Shown here: piece after piece, positions 59,381 through 64,000 of the stretch
Position numbering within the stretch: position 1 is the stretch's first letter
How the letters are laid out: the number at the start of each line of letters is the position of its first letter
Notes under the pieces: model-generated
Database searches by the model: none
Told to the model about the DNA's origin: nothing
What the model saw: only the letters and a program-made list of their open reading frames with translations
Assembly (NCBI GenBank): GCA_965276635.1
Contig: CBDIBC010000002.1
Coordinates: 102,528-166,527 of the forward strand
Direction of reading: 5' to 3'
Length of the DNA: 64,000 nt
DNA from: Acidimicrobiales bacterium
GTDB lineage: Bacteria; Actinomycetota; Acidimicrobiia; Acidimicrobiales; Palsa-688
Position numbers and translations under genes: made by a program

Positions 59381-59800
59381 CTACCGGTGCTCGATATGCC
59401 ACTCAAGGCGAGCGAGGTGGTACACGTGAAGGTCGTCGCCCCCACGGTCCTGATTTGCGCCTCCGTGCCGGGATTGATTGAACGCGGCAAGAGCAGGATC
59501 GTCAACGTGGACGGGATGATCGCATTCAGCGGCCCGCACCGCACGCCCAGGGCCGCGCCGTCTATGCAGGGAGGCTGGCCCACCTCGTCGCCATGACCCA
59601 GGTGCTCCACGAGGAGCTCGGGATGGACTCGTCGCAGCGCTTGGAGCGTAGGACTTCTCGTCCGCGGAGACTACGAACTCGTCGTCGCCGAGCCGCTCAC
59701 CTCGTCGAGCAACTTGCCCTGGGGTCTCCCCACCTGCCGTTGCCGATGACGAGCGCGTCCCGGCGACGCACGCCCGATGCAGCCTCTCGGCCGCCATGAG
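59381..59800 (+). pseudogene. SDR C-terminal fragment (no Rossmann N-terminus; frameshifted)
   Basis: GKSRIVNVDGMIAFSGP..; MTQVLHEELG. Confidence 0.35.
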
Positions 59801-59910
59801 CCGGGAGCCGTGGAGCAGGGAACCGACCCGATTCGCCAGCCGATCCTGCTACCGCACGGTGGATTCGCTGGCGCGAATCGTGCGGTTCGTATCAATCGAT
59901 GGCGAGCAGG

Positions 59911-62900
59911 TTACGGATTGTTCCCGAAGGCGTGGGCGTCGCCTTGGGCTCCTATGAGGCGGTAACCGCTGTCGCTGTTGGCGACGATCCCGACGACAGG
60001 AGTGGTGCCGGGGGCTCCGAGCGACCCGTAGAACTTGGCGTCACCCAAGGTGAACACGCCACCATCGGCAGCGACCAGCCAGTACCCGTAACCATCAGGG
60101 GTGGCAGCCATGCCGACGATGGGCTGGTTGAGATGCCTGTCGCCCTCAGACCCGTAGAACTTGGCGTCACCGAAGGTGAACACGCCACCATCGGCGGCGA
60201 CCAGCCAGTACCCGTAACCATCAGGGGTGGCAGCCATGCCGACGATGGGCTGGTTGAGATGCCTGTCGCCCTCAGACCCGTAGAACTTGGCGTCACCGAA
60301 GGTGAACACCCCACCATCGGCGGCGACCAGCCAGTACCCGTAACCATCAGGGGTGGCAGCCATGCCGACGATGGGCTGGTTGAGATGCCTGTCGCCCTCA
60401 GACCCGTAGAACTTGGCGTCACCGAAGGAGAACACCCCACCATCGGCGGCGACCAGCCAGTACCCGTGACCGTCAGCGGTGGCGGAGACACCGATGATCG
60501 GGGCGTTGAGGCGGGCGCCGTTCTCCGAGCCCAGGTCGGCGGCGTTGCCGTGCGTGGAGAGCGTCCCGTTCCCGTCCAGCGCCCAGTACCCGGCCCCGCC
60601 CGGGGTGGCGGCGACCGCACCACCGGTCGGTTCCCGGACCGCCGCCGGTCCGCTCGGCGGCGTGGTCACCGGCGGCGTGGTCACCGTGACCGTGACCGAA
60701 GGCGTGGTCGCTGTCCCGGCGCTGTTGGTGGCGGTGACGGTGAAGGTCCCCGACGCGGTCGGGGTCCCGGAGAGCACCCCGGTAGTGGGGTCGAGGGCCA
60801 GTCCGGCTGGCAGGGCGCCCGAACCGACGGCAAACGTCGGTGTCGGGATACCCGACGCCACGAACGTGTAAGAGTAGGGCGAACCGGCAGCAGCCGAAGA
60901 TGGGCTGTCAGCGCTGAACACCGGGGTAGCGGAAGAGACCGGGGGTGCCGGCGGGCCGGCGGGGGCGACGGTGGTCGAGGCCGGCGAGGGGCTCGAGATG
61001 CCGACCGTGTTGGCGGCGGTCACGGTGAAGGTGTAGCTGTCACCGTTGGTGAGGCCGTTCACGGTGATCGGGCTGGACGTGGCGGTGGCGGTCTGGCCGC
61101 CATGCGCCGGGGTCGTGGTGTCGGTCGCGGTCACCGTGTAAGAGGTGATGGCCGAACCGCCGTCTGACGCCGGGGCGCTGAACGCCACGCTGGCCTGCGC
61201 GTTCCCGGGGGTGGCGCTGACGCCGGTCGGGGCGCCAGGAGCGGTGGCGGCGGGGGCGACGGTGGTCGAGGCCGGCGAGGGGCTCGAGATGCCGACCGTG
61301 TTGGCGGCGGTCACGGTGAAGGTGTAGCTGTCACCGTTGGTGAGGCCGTTCACGGTGATCGGGCTGGACGTGGCGGTGGCGGTCTGGCCGCCATGCGCCG
61401 GGGTCGTGGTGTCGGTCGCGGTCACCGTGTAAGAGGTGATGGCCGAACCGCCGTCTGACGCCGGGGCGCTGAACGCCACGCTGGCCTGCGCGTTCCCGGG
61501 GGTAGCGCTGACGCCGGTCGGGGCGCCAGGTCGCTGCTCGACGGTGTAGGAGTCGGTGGCGACGGCGGTGCTGGCGTCATCCGATGAGGCCGTGGCCGTG
61601 TCGGTAGCCGGCCCCGAAGCGGCGGCCGTGGACACCAGGACCGGCACGGCGATCGCTGGAAGGACTGTGCCTGCGGTCAGTGGGCTCGCCGAAGAGGCAG
61701 GATAGGCGCAGGTGACGGTCTGGTTGCTTGGGGCTCCGCACGTCCAACCCGTCCCGCTGGGCTGCCCGGGAAGAAGGCCAGCTGGGAAGGTGTCGGTGAC
61801 CGACACCGGATCGGTCTCGTCGCCGGCGGTGGGGCTGACGGTCGGCTGGATGGTGAAAGCGGAAGATGTGCCACCGGTCAACACCCCGCTGGTGCTGTCG
61901 GTGTTGGTGGCGGTCAATACCGGCAGTGGGCCGGTCAGGGTGCTGGCCGAGAAGTTGGCAACCTCGTGGGTCTCATAGGCGTTGGCCGTCGACGCTGTCC
62001 AACCGAACGTCAACTGCCACGGGGCCCCGGTCGCCGGGTTGATCCAGGACGAGGGGAAGGAGGCGTTGGCAGTGAGGCTCTGGAGGCTACCGGTGAGCGT
62101 CTGGGGCGCCGTCGCTCCGACAGGGGTGTAGGAGACGACGAAGCGCTGGGCACCCACGGTCAGCCCTGACGCAGTAGTCGCAGAGCTCGCCGTCGGGTTC
62201 ATGGCCAGTTCGACTGGCACCCCAGTCGATCGGGTGGTGGACCCAGGCGTGTCGAGGGTGTCGCCTCCCAGGTTGTTGGTGCCGCTGGGCGTGGTTCCGG
62301 CGGACGAAGCCAACACGCAGTAGCCGGCGGTGCCATTCCCGGCCCCTCGCGCGGTCACCGCCTGCGGGGAGGTGGGGTCGGAAGTGTCGTTGGTGCAGCC
62401 GCTGCCCTGGGACGCACTGTTGAGGTAGTTGCCGTACACGTCGAAGCCGACGCCCAGATATCCGTGAGGGAGTCCTGACTCACCGTTGGCGGCGTTGGCC
62501 GCGTAGCCGAGCGACCCGCCGAGGGGACCGGTGGAAGTCGGGGGGACAGGGTGAGCAGGGTCGGTGGCGGCCAGGTCGAACGATAGACCGTCACCCGCCG
62601 GCCCACCGGTACCCGAAGGAGCTCCGAACTGGTACAGATCGAACTTGACATCCAAGCCCTGACTGGTCGGAAGCCCCGCGGTGTTGAACACCGACCCAAC
62701 CCTGTCGTGAGCCGACGAGTTCAACTGCAAGGCGCCGCCGGGGGCGGCATCGGTCGCCGGCGAACAACGAGGTATCGACGTCGCACCAGACCCGGCAGCG
62801 GTCAGGCAGGCCTGGTTCGTCCCGAAAAACGCCGCCGGCAGGACCCACTGCCCCACCGGCGTGGACGCGCCGGTGAATGTCTCGCTGCCTAGGGGCGTCA

Positions 62901-63045
62901 AGGTCGTCGCGGTCGCGGCCATCGCGGGAAGCGTCGTGGCCGACAGCAAACCTACAGTGGCCGCCGCCCCCACACCGGCGAGGAATCGCCAGCGCAGATT
63001 GTCCCGACCAGCGGCAAGTACAAGTAGTAGGCGCATGCGCTCCAT
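59911..63045 (-). CDS. large secreted multidomain protein: signal peptide, L-type lectin-like domain, 2 x FN3, Ig-like domain, 4-5 x 42-aa WLVAADGGVF-type repeats
   Basis: MERMRLLLVLAAG..TLPAMAA signal; lectin signature GDGLSFDLAA...HGYLGVGFDVYGNY; exact 97-aa FN3 duplication; PYSYTFVASGIPTPTFAV..LPAGLALDPTTGVLSGTP; GYWLVAADGGVFTFGDAKFYGSEGDRHLNQPIVGMAATPDGY x4. Confidence 0.8.
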   Translation of the reverse strand: MERMRLLLVLAAGRDNLRWRFLAGVGAAATVGLLSATTLPAMAATATTLTPLGSETFTGASTPVGQWVLPAAFFGTNQACLTAAGSGATSIPRCSPATDAAPGGALQLNSSAHDRVGSVFNTAGLPTSQGLDVKFDLYQFGAPSGTGGPAGDGLSFDLAATDPAHPVPPTSTGPLGGSLGYAANAANGESGLPHGYLGVGFDVYGNYLNSASQGSGCTNDTSDPTSPQAVTARGAGNGTAGYCVLASSAGTTPSGTNNLGGDTLDTPGSTTRSTGVPVELAMNPTASSATTASGLTVGAQRFVVSYTPVGATAPQTLTGSLQSLTANASFPSSWINPATGAPWQLTFGWTASTANAYETHEVANFSASTLTGPLPVLTATNTDSTSGVLTGGTSSAFTIQPTVSPTAGDETDPVSVTDTFPAGLLPGQPSGTGWTCGAPSNQTVTCAYPASSASPLTAGTVLPAIAVPVLVSTAAASGPATDTATASSDDASTAVATDSYTVEQRPGAPTGVSATPGNAQASVAFSAPASDGGSAITSYTVTATDTTTPAHGGQTATATSSPITVNGLTNGDSYTFTVTAANTVGISSPSPASTTVAPAATAPGAPTGVSATPGNAQASVAFSAPASDGGSAITSYTVTATDTTTPAHGGQTATATSSPITVNGLTNGDSYTFTVTAANTVGISSPSPASTTVAPAGPPAPPVSSATPVFSADSPSSAAAGSPYSYTFVASGIPTPTFAVGSGALPAGLALDPTTGVLSGTPTASGTFTVTATNSAGTATTPSVTVTVTTPPVTTPPSGPAAVREPTGGAVAATPGGAGYWALDGNGTLSTHGNAADLGSENGARLNAPIIGVSATADGHGYWLVAADGGVFSFGDAKFYGSEGDRHLNQPIVGMAATPDGYGYWLVAADGGVFTFGDAKFYGSEGDRHLNQPIVGMAATPDGYGYWLVAADGGVFTFGDAKFYGSEGDRHLNQPIVGMAATPDGYGYWLVAADGGVFTLGDAKFYGSLGAPGTTPVVGIVANSDSGYRLIGAQGDAHAFGNNP
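60031..60534. repeat. tandem 126-bp repeats (about 4 copies) inside the large protein gene
   Basis: Near-identical units begin at 60031, 60157, 60283 and 60409. Confidence 0.8.
60964..61545. repeat. 2 x 291-bp near-perfect tandem duplication (one mismatch) encoding duplicated FN3 domains
   Basis: 60964-61254 matches 61255-61545 with a single g/a difference. Confidence 0.85.
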
Positions 63046-63263
63046 CTCCGATCCTCGAACCGAGGCGCTCAGCACCTCCCACAGGGTTATCGGCAGCGAG
63101 AGTCGTCACCTGAACAGGCACCGCCGACGGTCGAGAGAGAAACGGTCACGCCGACCATGGCACTACGACATGACCGTCTACGAGACCACGGTGCGGCCGT
63201 TCAGTTCGGGTGTTTTCGTGCCGATAGAGGCGTCATGGTCGGTGGCTGCGGAATCGTCGGACT

Positions 63264-64000
63264 GTGACGTCTCTGTCTCCTGGGGAACGGCGAGGGCGCC
63301 GGAATAGACCGGCGGATCATCTGCCAGTCGACCGGCTGGTACCCGACACTGCCAGAGCACAGTCCGCCGCTGGCGCCGGTCCGACCTCGCTGACAGCAGA
63401 CCTGGATCTGAGCGAAGCGCTCCGAGGGGCCGGCTCGCGTGGAGAGTGGACGCTGGTGTACCAGCCGAAGGTGCTGGCCCAGACCCGGCGGATCGAGTCG
63501 GTCGAAGCCCTGCTGCGCTGGGAGCACCCCGTCTTGGGGGTCGTGGCCCCTGACCGGTTCATCGTGGTGGCCGAAACCGCCGGGATGATGGGCGAACTAA
63601 CGCGCTGGGTGCTCGCGGAGGCCCTCGACGCCCAGACCCGCTGGCAGGCCGCCGGGGTCGACGTGGCCGTGGCGGTCAACCTGTCCGCCCAGTCAGTCGG
63701 GGACTTCGGGCTGCTCGGATGGATCGACGAGCAACTCCGATCTCGCGGTCTGCGCCCGTCATGTCTGACCGTGGAGATCACCGAGACCGCGGTCATGGCC
63801 GACCCTGAAGTCGCCACCCGGTTCCTGGCCGCTCTGCGGGTACTGGGGGTACGGGTCTCGGTCGATGACTTCGGGACCGGGTTCACTTCACTCAGCGTGC
63901 TGGCTCGTCTCCCCCTCGACGAGTTAAAGATAGACCGGTCCTTCATCCGCCGCTCCGCCACCTCCACCGCGGACGAAGCCGTGATCCGCTCGGTACGAGA
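63264..64000 (+). CDS. EAL-domain c-di-GMP phosphodiesterase (3' end beyond the window; start uncertain)
   Basis: LVYQPKVLAQTRRIESVEALLRWEHP..VNLSAQS..EITETAVM..VSVDDFGTGFTSLSVLARLPLDELKIDRSF. Confidence 0.6.
   Translation, partial: MTSLSPGERRGRRNRPADHLPVDRLVPDTARAQSAAGAGPTSLTADLDLSEALRGAGSRGEWTLVYQPKVLAQTRRIESVEALLRWEHPVLGVVAPDRFIVVAETAGMMGELTRWVLAEALDAQTRWQAAGVDVAVAVNLSAQSVGDFGLLGWIDEQLRSRGLRPSCLTVEITETAVMADPEVATRFLAALRVLGVRVSVDDFGTGFTSLSVLARLPLDELKIDRSFIRRSATSTADEAVIRSVR

Noticed and set aside
59899-61167. 422-aa ORF antisense to the large secreted protein, with its own repeats
   Set aside because: Its repeats are simply the complement of the FN3 and 126-bp repeats; the minus strand carries the signal peptide and domain logic.
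60031-61545. Possible CRISPR array suggested by regular repeats
   Set aside because: Repeat units are 126 and 291 bp, coding, in frame and without unique spacers. They are protein domain repeats, not CRISPR.
1-64000. tRNA/rRNA genes near the integrase fragments
   Set aside because: No cloverleaf-compatible sequence (no GTTCGAATC/TAGCTCAG-type arms) was found on either strand; the integrases have no recognisable tRNA attachment site in this window.

Overview
This 64 kb window is high-GC (about 70%) actinobacterial-type DNA and contains three kinds of content.

(1) Positions 1-26,000 carry a lipid/steroid-like catabolic neighbourhood. It contains several TetR regulators, two adjacent acyl-CoA dehydrogenases, and a P450 with a ferredoxin and an amidohydrolase. 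It also contains a further ACAD, an Ltp2-type thiolase with a DUF35 partner, a CaiB CoA-transferase, an F420/LLM oxidoreductase with a CMD protein, and a StrR-like regulator divergent from a second P450. Many gene remnants sit among these: NmrA, LLM, SDR and ALDH fragments.

(2) Positions 26,000-36,000 carry housekeeping and signalling genes. These are a MarR-ClC/CBS channel operon, a GGDEF cyclase, and an NfeD-flotillin-PIMT operon. There is also an OmpA-like lipoprotein, a Ser/Thr kinase divergent from an FHA-LuxR regulator, and an orphan hicB copy.

(3) Positions 38,100-50,600 hold the most coherent system, a large glycan island. A translationally coupled minus-strand operon encodes a complete ADP-heptose pathway: GmhA, bifunctional HldE, and a GT2-GmhB fusion. 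The same operon has two GT9 heptosyltransferases, GT4 and GT2 enzymes and a NodU/CmcH-type carbamoyltransferase, followed by a convergent GT2 / pyruvyl-transferase pair. A divergent GT2 sits behind a perfect 12-bp palindrome. This looks like an undescribed heptose-based envelope glycoconjugate locus with carbamoyl and pyruvyl decoration.

Positions 50,600-59,800 are a lower-GC mobile-element graveyard. A tyrosine integrase is split by an IS3-family element. It also holds an ISKra4-like transposase fragment and an intact hicAB pair with a 13-bp perfect palindromic operator. Beyond these are a second integrase-like fragment, small cargo ORFs, a retropepsin-like lipoprotein and broken hydrolase/SDR genes.

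The window ends with a 1054-aa secreted protein (lectin, two FN3, Ig-like, then repeats with internal perfect tandem duplications) and a partial EAL-domain gene.

Many apparent frameshifts fall at short homopolymers. Single-base assembly errors are therefore a serious alternative to true pseudogenisation for several of the disrupted genes. I found no tRNA, rRNA or CRISPR array.
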